Below, piece after piece: positions 1 to 8,555 of a DNA stretch of 64,000 bases. The first letter of the stretch is position 1; every line of letters starts with the position of its first letter. The stretch spans positions 633,207 to 697,206 of the forward strand of contig OY282365.1 in assembly GCA_958295685.2 (NCBI GenBank), given 5' to 3'. The notes beneath the pieces are model-generated. The model saw nothing but the letters and a program-made list of their open reading frames with translations, ran no database searches and had not been told where the DNA came from. The position numbers and the translations under genes were made by a program. This DNA comes from an uncultured Dehalococcoidia bacterium (GTDB lineage Bacteria > Chloroflexota > Dehalococcoidia > Lucifugimonadales > CATQGZ01).

Positions 1-1011
1 GTGCATTCCGGGGCGGATCGGTATGGGTTCCCTGGTTATGTCCACGCCTGCGAAGTCTCTGGCGATGTCCTGTATCTGCGACAGCTTTTCCCGGATCACC
101 TGCTCGCCGAGGTGTCGGCAGTCGAGCAGGACGCAGCCGTCTATGCCTCTGCCTTCGTCGATCTCCGTCTGTTCGGAACGCGAGACCACGTCCCTGGACG
201 CCAGCTCCATCATGTTGGGGGCGTAGCGTTCCATGAAGCGCTCACCCTTGGAGTTGAGCAGGTGGGCGCCTTCGCCTCTCGCGCCCTCGGTGATCAGCAC
301 GCCGCTGCCCTTGAGGGTCGTGGGGTGGTACTGGACCATCTCCTGGTCCATCAGTGGAGCGCCTGCGCGGTAGCTGAGGGCCATCCCGTCGCCGGTGCAG
401 ATGAGCGCGTTGGTGCTGGGCTCGAAGACCCGCCCCAGCCCTCCGGAGGCCATGATCACGGCCTTGGCCCGCATCACGTGGACGCCGCCGGTTCGCATCT
501 CCATGACCACTGCGCCCGCGCACTGGCCTTCCTCGACGATGAGCGAGAGCACGAACCACTCTTCGTATACCCTGACGCCGGCCTTCAGTACCTGTTCGTG
601 GAGGACGTGCAGGAGGGCCTGGCCCGTGAAGTCGGCGACGAAGAAGGTTCGCGCCTGTCTCTGACCGCCGAACGCGCGGGTGCCGAGGCGGCCCTCTTCG
701 TCGCGGCTGAAGATCACGCCCATGTGTTCCATGGAGATGACTTCGCTGCCAGCCTCGCGGCACATGATCTCGATGGCGTCCTGGTCGCCCAGGTAGTCGC
801 TGCCCTTGATGGTGTCGTAGGCGTGGTCCCGCCAGTCGTCGCCGCGGTCGGTGAGGGCGGCGTTGATCCCGCCCTGCGCGGCGTTGGAGTGGCTTCGGAC
901 GGGGTGTACCTTCGTGACGACAGCTACGTCGGCGCCGTTGTCTCCGGCAGCCAAGGCAGCCCTCATGCCGGCCAGTCCAGCGCCTATTATGAGTACGTCG
1001 TGGTTGATCAT
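1..1011 (-). CDS. sdhA: Succinate dehydrogenase/fumarate reductase flavoprotein subunit (N-terminal part, runs off window start)
   Basis: Manual minus-strand translation from ATG 1011: MINHDVLIIGAGLAGMRAAL...TKVHPVRSHSNAAQGGINA (GxGxxG FAD fold, covalent-FAD His motif), DTIKGSDY, QFHPT. Confidence 0.92.
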   Translation of the reverse strand, partial: MINHDVLIIGAGLAGMRAALAAGDNGADVAVVTKVHPVRSHSNAAQGGINAALTDRGDDWRDHAYDTIKGSDYLGDQDAIEIMCREAGSEVISMEHMGVIFSRDEEGRLGTRAFGGQRQARTFFVADFTGQALLHVLHEQVLKAGVRVYEEWFVLSLIVEEGQCAGAVVMEMRTGGVHVMRAKAVIMASGGLGRVFEPSTNALICTGDGMALSYRAGAPLMDQEMVQYHPTTLKGSGVLITEGARGEGAHLLNSKGERFMERYAPNMMELASRDVVSRSEQTEIDEGRGIDGCVLLDCRHLGEQVIREKLSQIQDIARDFAGVDITREPIPIRPGMH

Positions 1012-1151
1012 TTGCTGAGGAAACGTGGTTGGAGTTTAGCACATTGCCCCAGGCGTTTGACAGGCCGGAGCCTAGGCAAATCGGTGGTCAGTGGTCGGTG
1101 GTCGGGTTGAGGTGGGGCGGGACAGTTGCTACAATTGGCTGCGCGCGGCGG

Positions 1152-1226
1152 GCGGGTGTAACTCAGGGGTAGAGTGTCTGCTTCCCAAGCAGAATGTCGT
1201 GGGTTCGAATCCCATCACCCGCTCCA
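1152..1226 (+). tRNA. tRNA-Gly (CCC)
   Basis: GCGGGTG...CACCCGC acceptor stem, anticodon arm TCTGC-TTCCCAA-GCAGA, GGTTCGAATCC T-loop, encoded CCA. Confidence 0.96.
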
Positions 1227-1338
1227 GGTCGCATGAACGACGATCCCGACGCCAGCATGGAAGACGCGGCGCTGTGGTGGCTGCGTCGGTCATCGGAGCC
1301 GCGGTTCGAGGCCTGTCCCCTCCCCCTCCTGAATGGGT

Positions 1339-2508
1339 CTACCAGTTCGTGAACGCGCCGTCGTTGCGGCGGAGCACGGGCGGGAACCCGCCGTGCTCGG
1401 CTCTCCTGGCCACTACCGCCTCTTCGTCGAAGTCCACGCCTAGGCCGGGCGTGTCTGGGGCGAAGGCGTAGCCGTCCTTCCACCCGATCTGTTGGGGGAA
1501 GAGTTCGACATCGAGCGTGCCGGGCCTTTTCGGCATTTCCTGGACGCCGACGTTCGTGGAGGCCATGCAGAGGGCGACGCAGGCGGCTGCGCTGACGGGG
1601 CCCAGGGGGTTGTGCGGGACGATGTCGATGTAGTGGGTCTCGCACCAGTGGGTCACCTTCAGGGCCTCGGTCAGGCCGCCCACGATGCAGAGGTCGATGC
1701 GGGCGTAGCTGATCAGTTCCTCCTCGACGACCTCACGGAAGGCCCACTTTCCCGCCCATTGCTCTCCGGCTGCGATGGGCAGTGAGACGTGCCTGGCGAG
1801 TGTGCGGTAGCTGCCGGGGTTTTCCGACCGCAGGGGGTCTTCGATGAAGAAGGGTCTGTAGGGCTCCAGGGCCTTGCACAGGCTGATCACGTGCGCGGTG
1901 TCGAGGCGGGTGTGGACGTCTAGGAGGAGTTGGACGTCCGGGCCGACGGCTTCTCTCACGGCGGCCATCTGGGTCTCGCCGAGGCGGATCGCCTCGACGG
2001 GTTCGAGGGTGCCGGCGCCTCCGAACGGGGAGGCGCCGGTCGCGCCGGTCTCAGAGAGGCCCCACCGGGCGAACTTCCAGCCCTCCTGAGTGGTTTGCCG
2101 GCAACTCTCCACGAGGGCCGCGGTGTCTCCGCCCTCGTTGTGCGGGTAGCAGACCACCATGTCGCGGACGGGTCCGCCCAGCAGCTTGTAGACCGGCATT
2201 CCGAGCGCCTTGCCCTTGATGTCCCAGAGCGCGATGTCGATGGCGCTGATGGCCGAGCAGTAGGTGGTGTCGGCGGGGAAGAAGGAGCCGCGGAACATGT
2301 GCTGCCAGAGGCGCTCGGTGGAGAACGGGTCCTGGCCCACGACGATCTGGGAGAGGTGCTTGAGCGATTCGTCCACCGCAGCTCCCCAGAACGACACCCC
2401 CACCTCTCCCAGGCCATATATGCCCTCGTCGGTCTCCACCTTGACGACGTGGTATTGGCGGCCTATGCCGCTCCGGAAGGGAAAGCTCTTGACGGCGGTT
2501 ATTTTCAC
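1339..2508 (-). CDS. Mandelate racemase/muconate lactonizing enzyme family (galactonate dehydratase-like)
   Basis: VKVETDEGIYGLGE, SAIDIALWDIKGKALGMPVYKLLGG, LDVH, FIEDP, AAGE, PHN motifs. Confidence 0.9.
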   Translation of the reverse strand: MKITAVKSFPFRSGIGRQYHVVKVETDEGIYGLGEVGVSFWGAAVDESLKHLSQIVVGQDPFSTERLWQHMFRGSFFPADTTYCSAISAIDIALWDIKGKALGMPVYKLLGGPVRDMVVCYPHNEGGDTAALVESCRQTTQEGWKFARWGLSETGATGASPFGGAGTLEPVEAIRLGETQMAAVREAVGPDVQLLLDVHTRLDTAHVISLCKALEPYRPFFIEDPLRSENPGSYRTLARHVSLPIAAGEQWAGKWAFREVVEEELISYARIDLCIVGGLTEALKVTHWCETHYIDIVPHNPLGPVSAAACVALCMASTNVGVQEMPKRPGTLDVELFPQQIGWKDGYAFAPDTPGLGVDFDEEAVVARRAEHGGFPPVLRRNDGAFTNW

Positions 2509-2600
2509 GGCGCTGCCTCCTCAGTCGGCGGGGCTGTCTCGGATGGCGTTACCGGCCCGCGCCGATCCACAATGGGCGGCCCCTGCCGGGATCTGCGGTC

Positions 2601-2802
2601 TTCGCCGAAAACTGTCCCAAACTGTTCCATTTTGTTCCATCTCGTAGCTGAGGGTTCGATTTCGTGGAACAAAAGTGGGGCACTTGTGGAACAGATGTGG
2701 AACAGAACCGGAGCAGTTCTGGGACAATTGTGGAACAGGCCTTCGGCGCTGGGTTGGCTACTTGCATGGGGGAAGTGTAGTACAGCGGTTCGGGGTTGTC
2801 AA
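2601..2802 (-). repeat. LexA-box promoter / phased-repeat cassette copy 1 (class A, TGTTCCAC)
   Basis: TTGACA(2797-2802)-17-TACACT(2774-2779), GAAC-CGCT-GTAC at 2780-2791, ATG 2767, 7 motifs at 11-bp spacing, core CTCAGCTACG 2643-2652, 3 inverted motifs. Confidence 0.85.
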
Positions 2803-2812
2803 GGGGGGGGGG

Positions 2813-3129
2813 TCTGAATCAGGATTCTCAGGATTGGGAAGATTGGGGATTGGCTGATGGGGCGATTTACGAATCGCCCCCACATGTTGGGGCGGCTACT
2901 GGCATAGCTGTTCAGACTTATGGGGTCTTTCGATCATTGTAGTCCTGATAAGCGGACGGCTGGTCTTCCCCACCCGCCCGCCCATTTGGAAACTGGGGGC
3001 AAGCCCCCAGACCCCCGGCCATTGTCTGAATCAGGATTTTCAGGATTGGAGGATTTTCAGGATTGGGAAGATTGGGGATTGGCTGATGCGGGTGATTCAC
3101 GAATCGCTCCTACGCGTTGGGGCAGTTAC
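2813..3129. repeat. Repeat cluster: two TCTGAATCAGGATT.. repeats, two GTAG-type REP palindromes, partial MITE left end
   Basis: AGGATT units at 2813 and 3025; palindromes GGGGCGATT-TACG-AATCGCCCC (2859) and GCGGGTGATTCACGAATCGCTCCTAC (3088); 2904-3020 aligns by eye with MITE 12243-12355. Confidence 0.8.
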
Positions 3130-3252
3130 GAATTGGACGCGGAGCGAGCCGTTCGAGTATCCTATGCCCGTCATATCGCCTGCGACCCGCAGCAGAGGCG
3201 GGTTTCGGGTGGATTTCTTTCGTCCCCGATCTTGGCGCGCGAGTGAGGCTTA

Positions 3253-3813
3253 GTGATAGACCAACTTCGAATCAGGGAGGCTGTCTCGTCGATCATTTCG
3301 GCCGCCGGAGAGGATCCGGACCGGGAGGGGCTGAGAGACACCCCTGACCGGGTGGCCCGCATGTACGCGTCCTTCTTCTCGGGCTTGGATCAGGATCCGC
3401 GGGAGACGCTCAGCACCGGATTCGACGAGGATTTCAGGGACGTCGTGGTTCTCCGCGACGTCCCTTTCTTCTCGATCTGCGAGCATCATCTGCTGCCGAT
3501 GGTGGGCAGGGCTCAGATCGGCTACATTCCGAACGGGCGGGTGGTCGGAGTTAGCAAGCTGGTCCGCGCGCTCGACATCCTATCCAGGCGTCCGCAGATA
3601 CAGGAGCGGATCACGGCCCAGCTCGTGGACGTGGTGCACGAGGCGGTGTCTCCCGACGGCGTGGGGGCCGTCTTGGACGCGGAGCACATGTGCATGGCTC
3701 TCAGGGGAGTGAGCAGGCCGGGGAGCCGCGTCGTGACGCGCTCGGTCCGCGGCAGCTTCTCATCGGGCGCGGCGACGCGGGACGGCCTGCTGGCGACGCT
3801 CGACCGGGGATAG
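3253..3813 (+). CDS. folE: GTP cyclohydrolase I
   Basis: GEDPDREGLRDTPDRVA, SICEHHLLP, RRPQIQERIT, EHMCMALRG. Confidence 0.95.
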   Translation: MIDQLRIREAVSSIISAAGEDPDREGLRDTPDRVARMYASFFSGLDQDPRETLSTGFDEDFRDVVVLRDVPFFSICEHHLLPMVGRAQIGYIPNGRVVGVSKLVRALDILSRRPQIQERITAQLVDVVHEAVSPDGVGAVLDAEHMCMALRGVSRPGSRVVTRSVRGSFSSGAATRDGLLATLDRG

Positions 3814-3814
3814 G

Positions 3815-4792
3815 GTGTACGGCTCCCTCACAACGGACAGTTTCGAGGAGGCGGCGGATCGTTGGGAGAGGCTGCTCCCGCGGTGCTGGACCAACACTGT
3901 CTTCGTCACCCCGGCCTGGCAGCGTGTCTGGTGGCGCAGCTTCGGGCGGGAGAGCGAACTCTTCATCCTCTCGGTGCGCGATCGGGGTGACGAGCTCGGC
4001 ATCGCTCCGATGATGATCAGGGACGGGGCGCTCTCGTTCGTGGGCGGCTCCGACCTGTTCGACTATAACGATTTTCTGGTGCCGAAGGGCGGCGAGGACC
4101 GATTCTATCGGGCGCTGCTCGATGAGCTGATGGGCCTCGATTGGGACAGGATCGAACTCGAGTCGATCCCCCAGGGTTCTCCCACGCTGCACGGCCTGCC
4201 GGCGGCTGCCGCAGAGGTCGGCCTTTCGGCGGACGTGGAGGAGGAGGACGTGACGCCCTTGGTCCGTCTCCCGGGCACCTGGGACGAGTATCTCTCAGGT
4301 CTGGCCAAGAAGAACAGACACGAGCTGCGAAGGAAGCTGCGCCGTCTTGACGCGGCGGGGTCGGTGAGGCAGTCGGAGTGCCGAGATCCGGGCGGCGATC
4401 ATGGCTGCATGGACGAGTTCTTCAGCCTGATGAGAGCCAGCAGCCCGGAGAAGGCCGAGTTCTTGAACCGGGAGCGAGAGGGCTTTTTCCGCGCGATTGC
4501 GTCCGAGCTGGGCCCCGCAGGCGTCTTCAGGCTCTATTTTCTGGAGGTCGACGGCCGAAGGGTCGCGTCGTGCATCTGCTTCGACCATTCCGGCTCCTTC
4601 TTGCTGTATAATAGCGGCTACGATCCGGGGTACTCATCTTTGAGCGTGGGGCTGCTCAACAAGGCGTTATGTATCAAGGAGGCGATCGAGGAGGGTCGAG
4701 GCTCGTTCGATTTCCTGAGGGGGCCGGAGCGCTACAAGTACCATCTCGGTGGAACGGACCGGCTTCTCTACCGCATGGTCGTGCGCCGATGA
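3815..4792 (+). CDS. GNAT family N-acetyltransferase (CelD/BcsL-like, Acetyltransf_6)
   Basis: VFVTPAWQRVWW, DYNDFL, LPGTWDEYL..L.KKNRHELRRKLRRL, YNSGYDP, FDFLRGPERYKYHLG. Confidence 0.85.
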   Translation: MYGSLTTDSFEEAADRWERLLPRCWTNTVFVTPAWQRVWWRSFGRESELFILSVRDRGDELGIAPMMIRDGALSFVGGSDLFDYNDFLVPKGGEDRFYRALLDELMGLDWDRIELESIPQGSPTLHGLPAAAAEVGLSADVEEEDVTPLVRLPGTWDEYLSGLAKKNRHELRRKLRRLDAAGSVRQSECRDPGGDHGCMDEFFSLMRASSPEKAEFLNREREGFFRAIASELGPAGVFRLYFLEVDGRRVASCICFDHSGSFLLYNSGYDPGYSSLSVGLLNKALCIKEAIEEGRGSFDFLRGPERYKYHLGGTDRLLYRMVVRR

Positions 4793-4838
4793 AGCCGGGG
4801 GTGACGGCGAGCTCCTGGGGTAGCTTACGGAGAGTCGG

Positions 4839-6065
4839 ATGTCGGGGCTAAGCGTCGCTATGCTGAGCTTCCACGGCTGTCCCTTCGCTCGGCTGGGCGA
4901 AGGGGACGGCGGGGGGATGAACGTCTACGTTCTCCAGGCGGCGCGGGAGCTTGCCAAGCTGGGGCACCGCGTCGACATCTTCACCCGCCATCACGACCCT
5001 GACGACCTCGAGGTCGTGGACATCGAGGCCGGGGTGCGTCTGATCCACGTCAGGGCCGGGCCGTTCGACATCGACAAGGGCGGCCTGTACGAGCGGATTC
5101 CCGAATTCCTGGCGAATCTCACCGCCTTCCATCGGGAACGCGGCACACGGTACGACGTCGTCCACAGCCATTACTGGCTGTCCGGCCCGGTTGGCGAGGC
5201 TCTGAGCGGCAGGTGGAACGTGCCCCACGTGATCACCTTCCACACGCTGGCCAAGACCAAGAAGATGGCCCACGCCGGAGAGGTGGAGTCTCCACGGCGC
5301 CCTGTGGTCGAGCAGCGCATGATAGGAGCGGCCGACGCGGTCGTGGTGTCGACGGAGGACGAGATAGAGGCGATCCGCAGCCTGTATAGGATGCCTCTCC
5401 ACAACGTCAGGGCGATCTCCGCGGGCGTCGACCTGGACCTCTTCAGGCCCATGCCGAAGCGCGCTGCCAGAGACGCGCTCGGTCTGGACGGAGAGAACTT
5501 GGTGCTGTACGTCGGCAGGCTGGAGCCGCTGAAGGGTGTCGACATCCTGCTGGAGGCTCTGCGGCGTCTCGATTACAGCCCCTGCACCAGGCTGATGGTG
5601 GTCGGAGGGAGCTTCGAGGAAGGCGAGATGCTTCGTCTGAAGTCTTCGGCTGAGCGGCTGGGATTGGGAGACAGCATCACGTTCACCGGCTCGGTCGATC
5701 AGCACGAGCTGCCGCTGTACTACAATGCGGCCGACATCTTCGCCCTGCCGTCCTACTATGAGAGCTTCGGCCTGGCCGCCCTGGAGGCTATGGCGTGCGC
5801 GACTCCGGTGGTGGTTTCGAGAGTCGGCGGCCTCAAGACTTTCGTGAAGGACGGCCTGTGTGGGTATCTGATACCCAGGCGCTGTCCCGACCCGTTCGCC
5901 CAGAGGCTGGACATGCTGCTGGCCAATCCTGCGCTGAGGGAGAAGATGGGCATGGCCGGCCGGACCACCGCTCTGGGTATGAACTGGGGCCGGACGGCCG
6001 ACGGTCTGGCAGATCTGTACAGCGGTCTGACCGGCGCGATTGTCGAGAGCGCGCGAGGAGGATGA
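4839..6065 (+). CDS. GT4 glycosyltransferase, MshA (D-inositol-3-phosphate glycosyltransferase)-like
   Basis: GDGGGMNVYV, HSHYWLSG, FHTLA, VGRLEPLKG, PSYYESFGLAALEAMAC. Confidence 0.85.
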   Translation: MSGLSVAMLSFHGCPFARLGEGDGGGMNVYVLQAARELAKLGHRVDIFTRHHDPDDLEVVDIEAGVRLIHVRAGPFDIDKGGLYERIPEFLANLTAFHRERGTRYDVVHSHYWLSGPVGEALSGRWNVPHVITFHTLAKTKKMAHAGEVESPRRPVVEQRMIGAADAVVVSTEDEIEAIRSLYRMPLHNVRAISAGVDLDLFRPMPKRAARDALGLDGENLVLYVGRLEPLKGVDILLEALRRLDYSPCTRLMVVGGSFEEGEMLRLKSSAERLGLGDSITFTGSVDQHELPLYYNAADIFALPSYYESFGLAALEAMACATPVVVSRVGGLKTFVKDGLCGYLIPRRCPDPFAQRLDMLLANPALREKMGMAGRTTALGMNWGRTADGLADLYSGLTGAIVESARGG

Positions 6066-6068
6066 TCA

Positions 6069-6812
6069 ATGGCAACCAAGGTTGAGAAAGAGCCGAACAT
6101 TCTTCAGAGGTTCGAGCGCCACTTCCAGAGCAGGACGCTGGACGGACTCATGGGACTGGTGCCGCTAATCGTCACCATCATCGTGGTCGTCTTCGTCATT
6201 GGGAAATCCGACGACTTCCTCAGACCTCTGCTGAGGAGCGTCGAGGTCATGGCCGGCACGGACCAGGACGGCCCGCTGCGAAGCGTCGCAGCCACCGTGT
6301 TGCGCGTCCTGGGCTATCCGATCGTCGGGCTGATCTTAAGCATTATCATCTTCTACCTCGTCGGGCTGATGGCTTCCAAACGGTGGGGCCGCAGAGTGAT
6401 GGACATGCAGAGCGCAATCATGAGCCGCATACCCGTCGTCAAGGTCATATTCGGAGTCACTCAGCAGGCGATGACGGCCCTGACCTCGCAGTACAACTTC
6501 AGCCGGGTCGTCTTCTTGGAGTGGCCGCGTGACGGGATGGTCGCCATGGGGTTCGTCACCGGCCGCGCCTACTCACATGAGAAGAGCGAGTCCATGGTCG
6601 TGGTCTACATTCCGACCGTTCCGAATCCCACTTCGGGCAACATGGCGTTCGTCCCCGAGGACGACGTGATCGAGACCGACCTGCGGGTCGAGGATGCCAT
6701 GAAGCTGGTGTTTTCGGGCGGGATCGTGCTGCCTGAAGCGATTTCCCTGGCCAGGCTCGGTAAGAGTGACTTCGGTCTCATCGGCCAGTTCGAATCGGAC
6801 GATTCGGTGTGA
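6069..6812 (+). CDS. DUF502 domain membrane protein
   Basis: Two TM segments, RIPVVKVIF, VYIPTVPNPTSG signature. Confidence 0.88.
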   Translation: MATKVEKEPNILQRFERHFQSRTLDGLMGLVPLIVTIIVVVFVIGKSDDFLRPLLRSVEVMAGTDQDGPLRSVAATVLRVLGYPIVGLILSIIIFYLVGLMASKRWGRRVMDMQSAIMSRIPVVKVIFGVTQQAMTALTSQYNFSRVVFLEWPRDGMVAMGFVTGRAYSHEKSESMVVVYIPTVPNPTSGNMAFVPEDDVIETDLRVEDAMKLVFSGGIVLPEAISLARLGKSDFGLIGQFESDDSV

Positions 6813-6827
6813 GCCGGAGGATGAGGC

Positions 6828-7745
6828 TCAGTCCAGCCGCCTCTCGAACCAGAGGGTCTCCGACGTCTTCCTGAAGCCGAGTTTGACGTAGGCGGCGAGG
6901 GCAGCCACGTTCTGGGAGTCGACCTCCAGCTCGACAGCCTCGACGCCCCCTGCTTGGAGGTAAGACATTCCCGCGGCCACCGCGGCCTTGCCGACTCCCC
7001 TGCCCCGATACTCCGGGCGGACGCCCACCATGGATATCCATCCGATGGAGCCGAAGCGGTTCTGCGCCCGCGTGGTCCAGCAGTAGGCGGCCTTCCTGCC
7101 CGAGTGGAGAATGAACATGATGCCGTCCGGGTCCGATCTGTCCATGCGTACCCTGGCGGAGATCTGCTCGACCGTGTTGGGGCAGAACCCCCACGTGCCA
7201 TCGAAGGCCGAGTTCTGCAGTTCGGTTAGGGCCTCCTCGTCTCTGTCCAGGGTGAACGGGCGAAGCGTGTACCCCTTCGGGAGTTCGATCTCCGGCGCGT
7301 CGGCCGCCTCCCATCTCATGTCCCAGTAGTCTCTGGCCGTCTCGAACCCGGCGGAGCGGAGGGCCTGGTGAGCGTCCCTGTCCGACGAGGGGGCCCGCAC
7401 GTGCAGAGCGCCGGCCCCGAGGCTCACGGCGTGATCGACCGCCGCCGCAATCAGAGAGCTTTCGATCCCCATGCCTCGATAGGCATCGAGGATGCCTCCC
7501 GTGACGACGGCCCTGTCTATCATCAGTTCAGGGGAGACGTGGAGGAAGCCTGCGGGGGCGCCGTCGAACGAGGCCAGGAGGATGTCCCGCTCCGGGGCGC
7601 AGGACGGGTCTTCCAGGCGCTCCCTCATCAAGCGCGGCGAGTATGCGCTGGGCGTGGCCTCGCAGTCGAATACGGCGTTGAAGAGTCCGGTGAACGCCTC
7701 CAGCCCATCCCAGGAGAATCTGCGTATTTCCGTTCCGGCGCTCAT
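6828..7745 (-). CDS. Tandem-GNAT acetyltransferase, MshD (mycothiol synthase)-like
   Basis: Two GNAT folds; GVRPEYRGRGVG, VELEVDSQN..A..Y.KLGF; ATG 7745 overlaps tmk stop (ATGA). Confidence 0.78.
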   Translation of the reverse strand: MSAGTEIRRFSWDGLEAFTGLFNAVFDCEATPSAYSPRLMRERLEDPSCAPERDILLASFDGAPAGFLHVSPELMIDRAVVTGGILDAYRGMGIESSLIAAAVDHAVSLGAGALHVRAPSSDRDAHQALRSAGFETARDYWDMRWEAADAPEIELPKGYTLRPFTLDRDEEALTELQNSAFDGTWGFCPNTVEQISARVRMDRSDPDGIMFILHSGRKAAYCWTTRAQNRFGSIGWISMVGVRPEYRGRGVGKAAVAAGMSYLQAGGVEAVELEVDSQNVAALAAYVKLGFRKTSETLWFERRLD

Positions 7746-8539
7746 GGGGGCGGCATCCGCCGGGCCGCAGGCGCTTCGACCATCTCCCGCGCTCTGGGCG
7801 GCAGACGGTCCACGACCGCGCCGAGCACGTCCTGGGCTATCGTGTCCGCCGGTCTGTCGGCGTCCAGTACCAGCCACCTGAGCGGCTCCCGTTCGGCCAG
7901 CGCGAGGTAGCCCGCCCTTACCCGTTCGTGAAACTCGGGCGGCTCCTCCTCGAATCGAGCGCCTTCTTCATCCCTCTCGGCGGTGTCGAAGCCTGCGCCC
8001 TGCTGCGTCCGCCCGGCACTCTTGCGTTCGGCGGCTTCGCCGGTCCCGAAGGCGGAGTTTCCGGGGTCCAGCGGCAGCTTCATTTGAAACGAGCCGACGC
8101 GCCGCAGTCCGACCTCGGGCTCGCAGTCCAGCAGGATCGTGAGGTTTGGCCGTATGCCCTGCGCGGCCAGGTCGTTGACCACCTCGACGCGCTCCAGCGG
8201 GATCCGCCTTCCATAGCCCTGGTAGGCGGTGGTGGAGTCGCCGTATCTGTCGGCGATGATCACGGCGTCCGGGCGGTCGAGGATCGGCCTGACGACCTTG
8301 CCGACCAGTTCTGCGCGCGCGGCTGCGAACAGGAAGAGTTCGGCGCCGTGGGAGATCGTCTCCCCGGCGCCGGGCCCCCGCTTCAGCCAGTCTCTCACCT
8401 GCCATCCGAGCCGAGTCGATCCGGGTTCGCGTATCTCCCTGACGTCCACCCCTGCCGCGCGGAGCCGGGCGGCGAGGCGGTGAGCCTGGGTCGACTTGCC
8501 CGACCCTTCTCCCCCCTCGAAAGTTACGAAAAGCGACAT
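7742..8539 (-). CDS. tmk: Thymidylate kinase
   Basis: FVTFEGGEGSGKSTQ P-loop, REPG, ELFLFAAARAE, DRY..STTAYQGYGR. Confidence 0.95.
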   Translation of the reverse strand: MSLFVTFEGGEGSGKSTQAHRLAARLRAAGVDVREIREPGSTRLGWQVRDWLKRGPGAGETISHGAELFLFAAARAELVGKVVRPILDRPDAVIIADRYGDSTTAYQGYGRRIPLERVEVVNDLAAQGIRPNLTILLDCEPEVGLRRVGSFQMKLPLDPGNSAFGTGEAAERKSAGRTQQGAGFDTAERDEEGARFEEEPPEFHERVRAGYLALAEREPLRWLVLDADRPADTIAQDVLGAVVDRLPPRAREMVEAPAARRMPPP

Positions 8540-8555
8540 GGGCGTGTCGTCGTTC

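Noticed and set aside
1-1110. Long antisense/shadow ORFs (1-1110, 10559-11914, 20875-22533, 22858-24636, 25266-26654, 53387-54745 and others)
   Set aside because: They overlap well-supported genes on the opposite strand or frame, which is typical of high-GC DNA, and show no family motifs.
1152-1340. Integrative element at tRNA-Gly
   Set aside because: No integrase follows and no duplicated tRNA 3' end was seen in the window.
2521-2767. Conserved small protein family encoded by the cassettes (e.g. HEIEPSAT..MEQFG)
   Set aside because: Similar peptides arise from DNA similarity, but the frame relative to the conserved ATG differs between copies and early stops occur. Not called as CDS, though ancestral coding cannot be excluded.
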